This document shows positions 38,015 to 47,599 of a stretch of DNA of 64,000 bases, one piece after another. The notes beneath the pieces are model-generated. The model did no database searches. It was given only the letters and a program-made list of their open reading frames with translations, and was not told the origin of the DNA. Each line of letters starts with the position of its first letter. Positions within the stretch are counted from its first letter, which is position 1. Origin of the DNA: Opitutia bacterium (GTDB lineage: Bacteria; Verrucomicrobiota; Verrucomicrobiia; Opitutales; UBA953); NCBI GenBank assembly GCA_046315175.1, contig JBKDBK010000002.1, positions 4,388-68,387 of the forward strand. Reading direction: 5' to 3'. The translations under genes and the position numbers were made by a program.

Positions 38015-39777
38015 CAGCGCCCTAGGAAGGCGTCCTTGTCAAGGTCGGGCCGGACAAGCGGGGTGATCGCCGCCTCGAGCTTTCGCCGCCGCTCGGGCGC
38101 GATGTCGCCCGCCTCGCTCCGCAGCCAGGCGAGCAGGTCGCCCCAGACCGTCGGGATGGGGCGGCGACCGGAAAGCAGGCTCTCCGCCTCGTCCGCCAGG
38201 GATCGTCGCGTCCCCCGGGCGTCGGCCTGCCCGGCGAGGATGCGCGCCGAGATCCAATCCGCCCTCAGCTGGGAATGCCAAGGATTGAGCCGGACTCCCT
38301 GGGCCAGCACGCGCGCGGCGGGCTCCGCCGCGCCTCCCTCCATCAGGTGCCGCGCGACCGAACGGTAGGCCTCCGGGCCGGGCAGCTCCGCCAGGAAGGC
38401 CTCCAGGTGCTTGTCGGCGACGCTGCGGTCGGCCGTTTCCGCCGCGGCGTTGGCCTTGGGCCTGAGGTGGTGGGCGATGCCGAGCAGGGCCTGCACCATC
38501 GCCTGGTTGGAGCGGAAGTGCGTCGGCTGGGCTCGGTTGATGTTCTGGTAGGTGCGGATGGCGAGGTCCGGCCGGCCCGCGCGGATGAGCGACTCCAGGT
38601 GCAGCGCGCTGAAGGTCGCCGTGTCGTACCCCTTGGCGATCGCGAGGTTGGCCAAGGTCTCGCAGATGGCGCTCGCCCCGCGCTGGGAGGCGAAGTTGGC
38701 CAAGGCGAGCATCACGGCGTCGTTGTCGCCGTGCCGCTGGAGGATCGACTGGAGCTCGCGGTCGAAGTCCTCCGCCTGGCCGAGCTTCGAGAGCACCGCG
38801 AGCCGCTGCACGCGCAGGAAGCCGTTGGAGGCGTCGAGCGAGATTCGGTCGTTCAGGATGGAGAGGGCTTGCCGCGGCTGCTTCGCCAGCAGGAGAAGCC
38901 GACCGTGTTGGCCGAGGATGGCATCCCGCTCCGGGCCCTTGAAATCTGCCACCCGGTTCTCCAGCAGGCTGAAGGCCTGTTGAATCCGGCCTCCATCGAA
39001 GAGGGCCAAGGCATGGAGCATCACCCCGTTGGCGGTCCGATCGATGCGGTACTGCTCAATCGTCGCCACAGCCTCCGGGTATCTTCCTGCCCAATAGAGA
39101 GAGGTGGCGAGCTGGCCAGCGGCTATAGCGCGGGTTTCGGAGTCTAAATCGTTGATTTTCAGTATTTTGTAAAAAACATCGATCACCGTTCCATCTTCAT
39201 GCCTGGCTTGCAGGAGTTGACCGTACCGTTCGAGGAGGGCACGGTCGGTTACATCAAAAGGGGCTGAAAACCTTATCCCATTCTTGAGCAACGAGATAGC
39301 CTCATCGGTCTGCCCTAAGCGGCGGTGCAAAAGGTCCGCATAAAAGAGCTTAACCCGTGGGTTGGTCGGGTTACATTTTAGGGCTAGTTGGGCGGCCTGA
39401 AGAGCGGTGGGGATATCACCCTCATCGAGGTGTTTCTTGCCCACCTCCATGAAGTATCCGGCAATGGATGCCAAGTGGCGCTGGCGAATGGCGGCCGCAT
39501 TTTCGGGCTCCGCTTGGATAGCCGCAAGGGTTAGCCGGACGCCTGAGCGAAGCACTGGATCTTCAATAAGCGCGGTTTTTTCGCCTATTTTAGCCACATA
39601 ATCGAGTGTAGCTGCCTTTCCCTGGGTTACGGGCATGCCCATCAAGAGAATGGGCTCGGGGTCGATTTCCGTCTTGGTTTGAGCCGAAGGCGCAGGGGCG
39701 GTAGGGGCTCCCGGGGGTGTCTGTCCAGGGGAGGGCAGGGCCAAGCCGAGGAGCAGGAGGCAGACGAGGCTTCGCAT
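38014..39777 (-). CDS. secreted tetratricopeptide (TPR) repeat protein
   Basis: Signal peptide MRSLVCLLLLGLALPSPGQ, then helical TPR-like repeats throughout. Stop shares 1 nt with the sufE start (TGATG). Confidence 0.8.
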   Translation of the reverse strand: MRSLVCLLLLGLALPSPGQTPPGAPTAPAPSAQTKTEIDPEPILLMGMPVTQGKAATLDYVAKIGEKTALIEDPVLRSGVRLTLAAIQAEPENAAAIRQRHLASIAGYFMEVGKKHLDEGDIPTALQAAQLALKCNPTNPRVKLFYADLLHRRLGQTDEAISLLKNGIRFSAPFDVTDRALLERYGQLLQARHEDGTVIDVFYKILKINDLDSETRAIAAGQLATSLYWAGRYPEAVATIEQYRIDRTANGVMLHALALFDGGRIQQAFSLLENRVADFKGPERDAILGQHGRLLLLAKQPRQALSILNDRISLDASNGFLRVQRLAVLSKLGQAEDFDRELQSILQRHGDNDAVMLALANFASQRGASAICETLANLAIAKGYDTATFSALHLESLIRAGRPDLAIRTYQNINRAQPTHFRSNQAMVQALLGIAHHLRPKANAAAETADRSVADKHLEAFLAELPGPEAYRSVARHLMEGGAAEPAARVLAQGVRLNPWHSQLRADWISARILAGQADARGTRRSLADEAESLLSGRRPIPTVWGDLLAWLRSEAGDIAPERRRKLEAAITPLVRPDLDKDAFLGR

Positions 39778-39948
39778 CGGAGGTGTCACCTTGCGGTTTC
39801 GTCCGAGGATGTCGCTAGAAAAAGCGACGCCGGTGAGGGTGCGCTCCGAGGCCGTCGGTCGAAATGTTAAAATCCCGCTATTTTCCTCTTGCACGAGGGG
39901 TTGGGAGTCCTATGCCCCAACGCTCTTTTCTCCGCAAAACACGGCACC

Positions 39949-40335
39949 ATGCCCACCATCAACCAGCTCATCCGCCAGCCCCGCGTCCAGCCCAAGGGCA
40001 AGTCGAAGTCGCCCGCCCTCGCCGGCGGCCCCTTCAAGCGCGGCGTCTGCACGCAGGTGATGACGCGCACGCCCAAGAAGCCCAACTCGGCCCAGCGCAA
40101 GGTCGCCAAGGTTCGCCTGACCAACGGCATGGAGGTCATCTGCTACATCCCCGACGAGGGCCACAAGCTCCAGGAGCACTCCGTCGTCCTCGTCCGAGGC
40201 GGCCGCGTCAAGGACCTCCCCGGCGTGCGCTACCACATCGTGCGCGGCCCGCTCGACTGCTCCGGCGTCGAGAAGCGCCGCCGCTCCCGCTCCAAGTACG
40301 GCGTCAAGCGCCCCAAGGCCGCCAAGGCCGCCTGA
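39949..40335 (+). CDS. rpsL: 30S ribosomal protein S12
   Basis: [12 protein letters not shown]...[18 protein letters not shown]... Confidence 0.98.
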   Translation: MPTINQLIRQPRVQPKGKSKSPALAGGPFKRGVCTQVMTRTPKKPNSAQRKVAKVRLTNGMEVICYIPDEGHKLQEHSVVLVRGGRVKDLPGVRYHIVRGPLDCSGVEKRRRSRSKYGVKRPKAAKAA

Positions 40336-40353
40336 TCCAACCCCTTTCGCACC

Positions 40354-40827
40354 ATGTCCCGTCGTCGCCGAGCCACCAAGCGAGCCCACCAGCCGGACGC
40401 CCTTTACGGCAGCCCCCTGGTCAGCCAGCTGATCAACGTCGTCATGAAGAGCGGCAAGCGCTCGCTCGCCGAGCGCCTCGTCTACGGCGCCATCTCCAAG
40501 GTCAGCGAGAAGCTCGAGAAGGGCAACGCGGTCGAGCTCCTGCTCGGCGCCCTCGAGAACTGCCGCCCCAAGCTCGAGGTCAAGAGCCGCCGCGTCGGCG
40601 GCGCCACCTACCAGGTTCCCGTTGAGATCTCCATCGAGCGGCAGAATTCCATGGCCCTCCGCTGGCTGGTCGCCGCCGCCCAGGGGCGCAAGGGCACCAC
40701 GATGGAGGCCGCCCTCGCCGCCGAGCTCGTCGACGCCTACAACAACACCGGCAACGTGGTGAAGAAGCGCGAGGAGACCCACAAGATGGCCCAGGCCAAC
40801 AAGGCCTTCGCGCACCTCCGCTGGTAA
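40354..40827 (+). CDS. rpsG: 30S ribosomal protein S7
   Basis: [10 protein letters not shown]...[17 protein letters not shown]...[14 protein letters not shown]. Confidence 0.98.
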   Translation: MSRRRRATKRAHQPDALYGSPLVSQLINVVMKSGKRSLAERLVYGAISKVSEKLEKGNAVELLLGALENCRPKLEVKSRRVGGATYQVPVEISIERQNSMALRWLVAAAQGRKGTTMEAALAAELVDAYNNTGNVVKKREETHKMAQANKAFAHLRW

Positions 40828-40864
40828 GCCCACCCGTCCCGTCCCCGTCCCCGCGCACGCCGCC

Positions 40865-43309
40865 ATGTCCACCGCCCTTTCCCAGCTCAACGCCGCCGGC
40901 CGCAAGTTCCCGCTTGAGCACACCCGGAACATCGGCATCGCCGCCCACATCGACGCGGGCAAGACCACCACGACCGAGCGCATCCTCTTCTACACCGGCG
41001 TCGTCCACAAGATGGGCGAGGTCCACGACGGCACCGCCACCACCGACTGGATGGAGCAGGAGCGCGAGCGCGGCATCACCATCACCGCCGCCGCCATCTC
41101 CGCCGGCTGGAAGACGAAGGAGGGCCACTTCGCCAACATCGACCACCGGATCAACATCATCGACACCCCTGGCCACGTCGACTTCACCGCCGAGGTGGAG
41201 CGCTCGCTCCGCGTGCTCGACGGCGCGGTCGCCGTCTTCTGCGCCGTCGCCGGCGTCCAGCCCCAGTCCGAGACCGTCTGGCGCCAGATGAACAAGTACG
41301 GCGTCCCCCGCGTCGCCTTCGTCAACAAGATGGACCGCACCGGCGCCGACTTCTTCGGCGCGGTCGACGACATCCGCGAGAAGCTCAAGGGCAACGCCCA
41401 CCCCCTCTTCATTCCCATCGGCCAGGGCGAGGAGTTCAAGGGCATGATCGACCTGATCAAGAACGTCGCCTACGTCTACGACGAGACCGACCCCAAGGGG
41501 ATGAAGTTCAACACGGTCGACATCCCCGAGGGGCAGAAGGCCGAGGCCAAGCAGTGGCGCACCAAGCTCATCGAGGCCCTCGCCGACTTCGACGACACGC
41601 TCGCCGCCAAGTACCTCGACGGCCAGGACGTGACCATCGACGAGATGCGCACCGGCATCCGCAAGGCCACCCTCTCCCTCAAGTTCATCGGCGTCATTCC
41701 CGGCTCCGCCTTCAAGAACAAGGGCGTGCAGATGCTCCTCGACTGCGTCGTCGACTTCCTGCCCTCGCCCGTCGACATGCGCCCGCAGCGCGCCTTCGTC
41801 GACGACGGCGACAAGGAGATCGCCATCGGCCCCGACGACAAGGCCAAGGTCACCGGCCTCTGCTTCAAGCTCTGGTCCGACCCCCACGTCGGGCAGCTCG
41901 TCTTCTACCGCGTCTACCGCGGCCAGCTGAAGAAGGGCGAGGCCCTCTACAACCCTCGCACCCGCAAGAACGAGCGCATCTCGCGCATCGTCCTGCTGCG
42001 CGCCATGGACCGCGAGGAGATCGACGTCGCCTACTCGGGCGACATCTGCGCCATCATCGGGCCGAAGGACATCGCCACCGGCGACACCCTCACCGCCGAG
42101 GACGACCTCATCCTCGAGAAGACCACCTTCGCCGACCCCGTCATCTCGATGTCCATCGAGCCCAACTCGAAGGGCGACTCCGAGCGTCTCTCCATCGGCC
42201 TCCAGCGCCTCGCCCAGGAGGACCCCACCTTCCGCGTCACCTCCAACCCCGAGACCGGCCAGACCCTCATCTCCGGCATGGGCGAGCTCCACCTCGAGAT
42301 CATCGTCGACCGCCTGAAGCGCGAGTTCAAGGTCGAGGCCAAGTCGGGCAAGCCCCAGATCTCGTACCGCGAGACCATCAACCTCCCCGCCGAGGGCGTG
42401 GGCAAGTTCATCCGCCAGTCCGGCGGCCGCGGCCAGTACGGCCACGTCGAGATCAAGCTCGAGCCCAACCCCGTCGCCGGCCGCGAGGAGGGCGCCAAGG
42501 GCGAGGAGGTCATCAACGAGATCGTCGGCGGCGTCATCCCGAAGGAGTTCATCAAGCCCGCCACCGAGGGCATCCTCGAGGCCTCCCACACCGGCACCAT
42601 CGCCGGCTACCCGGTGATCAACTTCCGCGCCCGCATCGTCTTCGGCTCCTTCCACGAGGTCGACTCCAACGAGCTCGCCTTCAAGATGGCCGGCATCTTC
42701 GCCTTCAAGGAGGCGATGAAGGAGGCCAAGCCCATCCTGCTCGAGCCGATCATGAAGGTCGAGGTCGTCACCCCCGAGGAGTACCAGGGCGACATCATGG
42801 GCGACCTCAACCGCCGCCGCGGCCAGATCCAGGGCATGGAGACCAAGAACAACCTCTGCACCATCGACGCGCGCGTCCCGCTCGCCGAGATGTTCGGCTA
42901 CGCGACCGACGTGCGCTCCCTCTCCAAGGGCCGCGCCTCCTACACGATGGAGCCCGCCAACTACGAGCAGGTGCCCGCCCAGGTGCTCAAGCACGTGGTC
43001 GAGACCTCCACCCGCGCCCCCGCCCGCACCGAATCCCACCCCACCCGATGGCCCGCCACAAGATCCGCATCAAGCTCCAAGGCTTCGACTACCGCCTCGT
43101 CGACCACTCCGCCACGGAGATCGTCGACACCGCGAAGCGCACCGGCGCCACCGTCGCCGGCCCCGTGCCCCTGCCGACCACCCACGAGGTCTGGACCGTC
43201 AACCGCTCGCCCCACGTCGACAAGAAGTCGATGGACCAGTTCGAGCTGCGCACCCACAAGCGCCTCATCGAGATCCACGAGCCCAACGCCCAGACCGTCG
43301 ACGAGCTGA
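40865..43309 (+). CDS. fusA: elongation factor G. The conserved EF-G sequence ends near 43,010-43,045, but the ORF has no stop until 43309 and overlaps rpsJ out of frame.
   Basis: [21 protein letters not shown]-domain and all EF-G domains through ...[20 protein letters not shown]. The tail beyond that is S/T/P/R-rich and low-complexity. Confidence 0.9.
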   Translation: MSTALSQLNAAGRKFPLEHTRNIGIAAHIDAGKTTTTERILFYTGVVHKMGEVHDGTATTDWMEQERERGITITAAAISAGWKTKEGHFANIDHRINIIDTPGHVDFTAEVERSLRVLDGAVAVFCAVAGVQPQSETVWRQMNKYGVPRVAFVNKMDRTGADFFGAVDDIREKLKGNAHPLFIPIGQGEEFKGMIDLIKNVAYVYDETDPKGMKFNTVDIPEGQKAEAKQWRTKLIEALADFDDTLAAKYLDGQDVTIDEMRTGIRKATLSLKFIGVIPGSAFKNKGVQMLLDCVVDFLPSPVDMRPQRAFVDDGDKEIAIGPDDKAKVTGLCFKLWSDPHVGQLVFYRVYRGQLKKGEALYNPRTRKNERISRIVLLRAMDREEIDVAYSGDICAIIGPKDIATGDTLTAEDDLILEKTTFADPVISMSIEPNSKGDSERLSIGLQRLAQEDPTFRVTSNPETGQTLISGMGELHLEIIVDRLKREFKVEAKSGKPQISYRETINLPAEGVGKFIRQSGGRGQYGHVEIKLEPNPVAGREEGAKGEEVINEIVGGVIPKEFIKPATEGILEASHTGTIAGYPVINFRARIVFGSFHEVDSNELAFKMAGIFAFKEAMKEAKPILLEPIMKVEVVTPEEYQGDIMGDLNRRRGQIQGMETKNNLCTIDARVPLAEMFGYATDVRSLSKGRASYTMEPANYEQVPAQVLKHVVETSTRAPARTESHPTRWPATRSASSSKASTTASSTTPPRRSSTPRSAPAPPSPAPCPCRPPTRSGPSTARPTSTRSRWTSSSCAPTSASSRSTSPTPRPSTS

Positions 43310-43356
43310 AGAAGCTCAACCTGCCCACCGGCGTCCAGGTCAACATCACCGCCTAA
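43048..43356 (+). CDS. rpsJ: 30S ribosomal protein S10
   Basis: [34 protein letters not shown]...[24 protein letters not shown]. Confidence 0.97.
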   Translation: MARHKIRIKLQGFDYRLVDHSATEIVDTAKRTGATVAGPVPLPTTHEVWTVNRSPHVDKKSMDQFELRTHKRLIEIHEPNAQTVDELKKLNLPTGVQVNITA

Positions 43357-43486
43357 CCCCAACCCTCAACCGCAACCCCCAACGCAGGTCCCCCTGCCCG
43401 CGCCAAGCCCAAGGTTCCGCAAGGACATCCGAAGCCTAACGCAGGCCCCGACCAACGGCGCCCCCGCCACCTGCCTCTTAGCGATC

Positions 43487-44119
43487 ATGAAACTCCACCT
43501 CATCGGCAAGAAAATCGGCATGACCCAGGTCTACGACGGCGAGAACAACCTCGTCCCCGTGACCGTGGTGCAGGCCGGCCCCTGTCCCGTCACCCAGGTC
43601 AAGACCGCGGCCAAGGACGGCTACCACGCCGTCCAGATCGGCTTCGGCGTCCAGAAGGAGCACCGCCTCTCCCAGCCCGAGCTCGGCCACCTCCGCAAGG
43701 CCGGCGCCGGCGCCCTCTCCCACCTCTCCGAGATCCGCCTCGACGGCGAGTCCGCCCACAAGGTCGGCGACGTCCTCACCGTCGAGACCTTCGCCCCCGG
43801 CCAGATGGTCGACGTCATCGGCACCGTCAAGGGCCGCGGCTTCCAGGGCGTGATGAAGCGCCACAACATGGCCGGCCAGCCCGACACCCACGGCCACATG
43901 ATGCACCGCCGAGTCGGGTCCATCGGCATGCGCCAGACCCCCGGCCACGTCTTCAAGGGCAAGCGCATGCCCGGCCACATGGGCAACGTCCGCCGCACCT
44001 CCCAGAACCTGCGCGTCGTCCAGGTCCTCGCGGAGAAGAACCTCATCCTCATCAAGGGCAGCCTCCCCGGCGCCAACGGCGAGATCGTCCTCGTCCGCCA
44101 GGCCAAGAAGGCGAAGTGA
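43487..44119 (+). CDS. rplC: 50S ribosomal protein L3
   Basis: LIGKKIGMTQVYD...GKGFQGVMKRHNMAG... Confidence 0.97.
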   Translation: MKLHLIGKKIGMTQVYDGENNLVPVTVVQAGPCPVTQVKTAAKDGYHAVQIGFGVQKEHRLSQPELGHLRKAGAGALSHLSEIRLDGESAHKVGDVLTVETFAPGQMVDVIGTVKGRGFQGVMKRHNMAGQPDTHGHMMHRRVGSIGMRQTPGHVFKGKRMPGHMGNVRRTSQNLRVVQVLAEKNLILIKGSLPGANGEIVLVRQAKKAK

Positions 44120-44145
44120 ACCCGAACCCGCACGAACGCACGCAC

Positions 44146-44772
44146 ATGAAGCTCAAGTTCCACAAGGCCGATGGCTCCCCTGCCGGGGAGCGCGACTTCG
44201 CCATTCCCGCCTTCGAGGGCGACAGCGCCGTCGCCCTGCTCAAGCAGGCCGTCATCGGCTACCAGGCCAACCGCCGCCAGGGCAACGCCAAGGCCAAGAA
44301 CTACGGCGAGGTCGCCGGTTCGGGCAAGAAGATGCTCCCCCAGAAGGGCTCCGGCGGCTCCCGCCACGGGGACAAGCGCGCCCCCCAGCTGTACAAGGGC
44401 GGCGTCGTCTTCGGCCCCCGTCCCCGCGACTGGTCCAAGGCCATCCCCGCCACCCAGCGCCGCAAGGCCCTCGGCCGCGCCCTCTTCGACCTCGCGACCG
44501 CCGGCGGCCTGTCCGTCATCGAGCGCTTCGAGGTCGCCAAGCCCAAGACCAAGGCCTTCGTCAGCGTCCTCGACAAGGTGAGCCCCGGCGAGCGCCGCGT
44601 CCTCCTCGTCGACGCCGCCTGGGCCGAGCCCGTCCGCCGCGCCAGCCGCAACGTCGCCCGCGCCGCCTTCGCCAACTCGACCAACCTCAACGCCCTCGAC
44701 CTGGTGCGCCACGGCAACGTGGTCATCTCCGAGAAGGCGCTCGAGCTGGTCCTCGCCCGCGCCGCCAACTGA
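44146..44772 (+). CDS. rplD: 50S ribosomal protein L4
   Basis: ...QKGSGGSRHGDKRAPQLYKGGVVFGPRPRDW. ATG 44146 preferred over the GTG at 44116. Confidence 0.93.
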   Translation: MKLKFHKADGSPAGERDFAIPAFEGDSAVALLKQAVIGYQANRRQGNAKAKNYGEVAGSGKKMLPQKGSGGSRHGDKRAPQLYKGGVVFGPRPRDWSKAIPATQRRKALGRALFDLATAGGLSVIERFEVAKPKTKAFVSVLDKVSPGERRVLLVDAAWAEPVRRASRNVARAAFANSTNLNALDLVRHGNVVISEKALELVLARAAN

Positions 44773-44779
44773 TTCCGCC

Positions 44780-45067
44780 ATGAAACCCGCTTCCCAGGTC
44801 ATCGCCCGCCCCGTGCTCACGGAGAAGGCCACCGGCCTCGCCACCGAGGGCCGCTATGTCTTCGACCTCGTCCCCGGCGCCGACCGCCGCCAGGTCAAGG
44901 CCGCCGTCGAGGCCGCCTTCAAGGTCACCGTGACCAAGGTCAACATCCTCGTCCGCAAGGGCAAGGTCCGCCGCTCCCGCCTCTCCGGCGGCAGCGTCTA
45001 CCGCGAGACCGACACCCGCCGCGCCATCGTCACCCTGAAGAAGGGCGACACCATCTCCTTCGCCTGA
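44780..45067 (+). CDS. rplW: 50S ribosomal protein L23
   Basis: VIARPVLTEKAT...FKVTVTKVNIL. Position between rplD and rplB. Confidence 0.95.
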   Translation: MKPASQVIARPVLTEKATGLATEGRYVFDLVPGADRRQVKAAVEAAFKVTVTKVNILVRKGKVRRSRLSGGSVYRETDTRRAIVTLKKGDTISFA

Positions 45068-45080
45068 CACCGGCACCGCC

Positions 45081-45941
45081 ATGGCCCTGATCAACCACCG
45101 CCCCATCACCCCCGGCACCCGCTTCCTCGTCCGGAACCGGACCGAGGGCCTGCACAACGGCAGCCCCGTCAAGGAGCTCGTCGAGAGCGTGCACCGCGCC
45201 AAGGGCCGCAACTGCTACGGCCGCATCACCTCGCGCCGCCGCGGCGGAGGCCACAAGCGCCTCTTCCGCAAGGTCGACTTCCGCCGCGCCCGCCTCGACG
45301 CGCCCGCCAAGGTCGTCCGCCTGGAGTACGATCCCAACCGCACCGCCCACCTCGCCCTCCTCGCCTACGCCGACGGCGAGCAGACCTACATCCTCGCGCC
45401 CGACGGCCTCAAGGTCGGCGACACCGTGCTCAGCACCAACACCCCCCAGGAGACCCTCGTCCCCGGCCTGTCGCTGCCCCTTCGCCTCATCGCCCCCGCC
45501 ACCTTCATCCACGCCATCGAGATGCAGCCCGGCAAGGGCGCCCAGCTCGCCCGCGGCGCCGGCGCCTACGCCCAGCTCCTCGGTCTTGAGGGCGACCGCG
45601 CCATCCTGCGCATGCCTTCCGGCGAGCAGCGCTACCTCAACGCCGACTGCCGCGCCACCGTCGGCCTGGTCGGCAACGTCGACCACCACAACAACTCGCT
45701 CGGCAAGGCCGGCCGCAACCGCTGGAAGGGTCGCCGTCCCCGCGTCCGCGGCATGGTGATGAACCCCGTCGACCACCCCAACGGCGGCGGCCAGGGCAAG
45801 TCCAAGGGCGGCGGCGGTCGCCAGCACCCGCGCTCGCCGTGGGGCCAGCTCGCCAAGCACTTCCCGACCCGGACCAAGTCGAAGACCACCAACTCGCAGA
45901 TCATCGTCCGCCGCAACGGCCGGAAGGTGAAGTCCGCCTGA
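45081..45941 (+). CDS. rplB: 50S ribosomal protein L2
   Basis: ...RRRGGGHKRLFR...MNPVDHPNGGGQGKSKGG... Confidence 0.98.
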   Translation: MALINHRPITPGTRFLVRNRTEGLHNGSPVKELVESVHRAKGRNCYGRITSRRRGGGHKRLFRKVDFRRARLDAPAKVVRLEYDPNRTAHLALLAYADGEQTYILAPDGLKVGDTVLSTNTPQETLVPGLSLPLRLIAPATFIHAIEMQPGKGAQLARGAGAYAQLLGLEGDRAILRMPSGEQRYLNADCRATVGLVGNVDHHNNSLGKAGRNRWKGRRPRVRGMVMNPVDHPNGGGQGKSKGGGGRQHPRSPWGQLAKHFPTRTKSKTTNSQIIVRRNGRKVKSA

Positions 45942-45962
45942 CCTTAGAACCGCACCCGCACC

Positions 45963-46238
45963 ATGGCACGCTCCCGCAAGAAAGGCTTCTTCGTCGACCC
46001 TCCCCTGATGGAGAAGGTCGAGGCCGCGCAGAAGGCCGGCAACCGCAAGCCGATCAAGACCTGGTCCCGCCGCTCCACCGTCACCCCGGTGTTCGTCGGC
46101 GTGAACCTCGAGGTCCACAACGGCAAGACCTTCGTCCCCGTCTACGTCACGGAGAACATGGTCGGGCACAAGCTCGGCGAGTTCGCCCCGACCCGCACCT
46201 TCAAGCAGCACACCCAGCCTTCCAAGAAGGTCGAGTGA
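45963..46238 (+). CDS. rpsS: 30S ribosomal protein S19
   Basis: [12 protein letters not shown]...[30 protein letters not shown]. Confidence 0.98.
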   Translation: MARSRKKGFFVDPPLMEKVEAAQKAGNRKPIKTWSRRSTVTPVFVGVNLEVHNGKTFVPVYVTENMVGHKLGEFAPTRTFKQHTQPSKKVE

Positions 46239-46245
46239 TCCCCCG

Positions 46246-46578
46246 ATGAACCGCCTCGCCGCCAGCCTCTGTCTCCTCCTCGCCCCTCTCGGCGCGGCGG
46301 AGCCTGCGCTCGGCTCGGCGGTCGCCACCGGCGCGGTCGCCGTCGCCGCGGTCCTGCCCGGCGAGTCGGCCGACCTGGTCATCCTCGACGGCGGCCACGC
46401 CCAGGGGCTCCGGCCCGGCATGGTCTGCGGCGTCACCCGCGCCGGCCGCGCCGTCGCCCGTCTCGTCGTCGCCGAATCCCGCGAGACCCGCGCCGTCGCC
46501 CTCGTCCTCGACCTCGTCCCTGGCGAGGCGCTCCGCCCCGGCGACCGCGCCGAGGCGCGCGCCAACTCCCGAATCTAA
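46246..46578 (+). CDS. hypothetical small secreted protein inserted between rpsS and rplV
   Basis: ATG lies 7 nt after the rpsS stop and its TAA 9 nt before the rplV ATG. Signal-peptide-like MNRLAASLCLLLAPLGAAEP. GC3-rich codons. No ribosomal protein is expected at this position. Confidence 0.6.
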   Translation: MNRLAASLCLLLAPLGAAEPALGSAVATGAVAVAAVLPGESADLVILDGGHAQGLRPGMVCGVTRAGRAVARLVVAESRETRAVALVLDLVPGEALRPGDRAEARANSRI

Positions 46579-46587
46579 CCCACCCTC

Positions 46588-46920
46588 ATGAACGTCCAAG
46601 CCACCACCCGCTACGCCCGGATGTCTCCCGGCAAGGTCCGGGATGTCGCCCGCCAGATCCAGGGCATGCCCGCCGAGGAGGCGCTGCAGCTCCTGCGCTT
46701 CATCCCGCGCAAGTCCGCCCGCATCATCTCCAAGACCCTCGCCAGCGCCATCGCCAACGCCGAGAACAACCACAACCTGAGCTCGGCCGGCCTCGTCGTG
46801 GTCTCGGCCACCGTCAACCAGGGCCCCGCCATCAAGCGCTTCCGCCCCGCCGCCCGCGGCTCCGCCCACCCCATCCTCCGCTCGATGAGCCACGTCAAGG
46901 TGGTCCTCGCCGCCAAGTAA
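46588..46920 (+). CDS. rplV: 50S ribosomal protein L22
   Basis: ATTRYARMSPGKVRDVARQIQG...AENNHNL...RGSAHPILRSMSHV. Confidence 0.97.
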   Translation: MNVQATTRYARMSPGKVRDVARQIQGMPAEEALQLLRFIPRKSARIISKTLASAIANAENNHNLSSAGLVVVSATVNQGPAIKRFRPAARGSAHPILRSMSHVKVVLAAK

Positions 46921-46936
46921 CCCCCTTCGCACTCTC

Positions 46937-47575
46937 ATGGGACAGAAAGTCAATCCGACCGGCTTCCGCCTCGCGGTCCGCCGCAACTGGGAATCCCGCT
47001 GGTTCGCCGACAAGCGCACCTTCCCGGGCCTCCTCCGCGAGGACTACCGCATCCGCGAGTTCCTCAAGGACCGCCTCCGCCAGGCCGCCGTGCCCCGCAT
47101 CTTCATCGAGCGCGCCGGCTCCAAGGTCCGCGTCCGCATCTGGACCGCCCGCCCCGGCATGGTCATCGGCCGCAAGGGCGACGACCTGAAGAACCTCCGC
47201 GTCGAGATCGCCCAGGTCGCCGGCCGCAAGGAGGGCGACATCGCCCTCGAGGTCAACGAGGTGCGCCGTCCCGACCTCGTCGCCCAGCTCGTGGCCGAGA
47301 ACATCGCCCTCCAGCTTGAGCGCCGCATCTCCTTCCGCCGCGCCATGAAGAAGGCCGTCCAGACCACCATGTCGATGGGCGCCGACGGCATCCGCCTCCG
47401 CCTCGGCGGCCGCCTCGGCGGCGCCGAGATCGCCCGCGTCGAGTCCGCCCGCGTCGGCCGCGTCCCCCTCCACACCCTCCGCGAGAACATCGACTACGGT
47501 TTCGCCGAGGCCCGCACCCTCTACGGCAAGCTCGGCATCAAGTGCTGGATCTGCACCAAGGAGTCCGAGTTCTGA
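46937..47575 (+). CDS. rpsC: 30S ribosomal protein S3
   Basis: MGQKVNPTGFRLAV.R.W.SRWFA... KH domain. Confidence 0.98.
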   Translation: MGQKVNPTGFRLAVRRNWESRWFADKRTFPGLLREDYRIREFLKDRLRQAAVPRIFIERAGSKVRVRIWTARPGMVIGRKGDDLKNLRVEIAQVAGRKEGDIALEVNEVRRPDLVAQLVAENIALQLERRISFRRAMKKAVQTTMSMGADGIRLRLGGRLGGAEIARVESARVGRVPLHTLRENIDYGFAEARTLYGKLGIKCWICTKESEF

Positions 47576-47599
47576 TCCCCGCCCCACCTCGCAGCCCCC

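Noticed and set aside
39778-39948. Putative promoter upstream of rpsL (cTTGCACgagg...tcctat, gttaaaat) and the hairpin gtcgct-agaaaa-agcgac at 39811-39828.
   Set aside because: The candidate -35 and -10 hexamers do not occur at proper spacing. The hairpin has no T tract. There is not enough evidence to call a feature.
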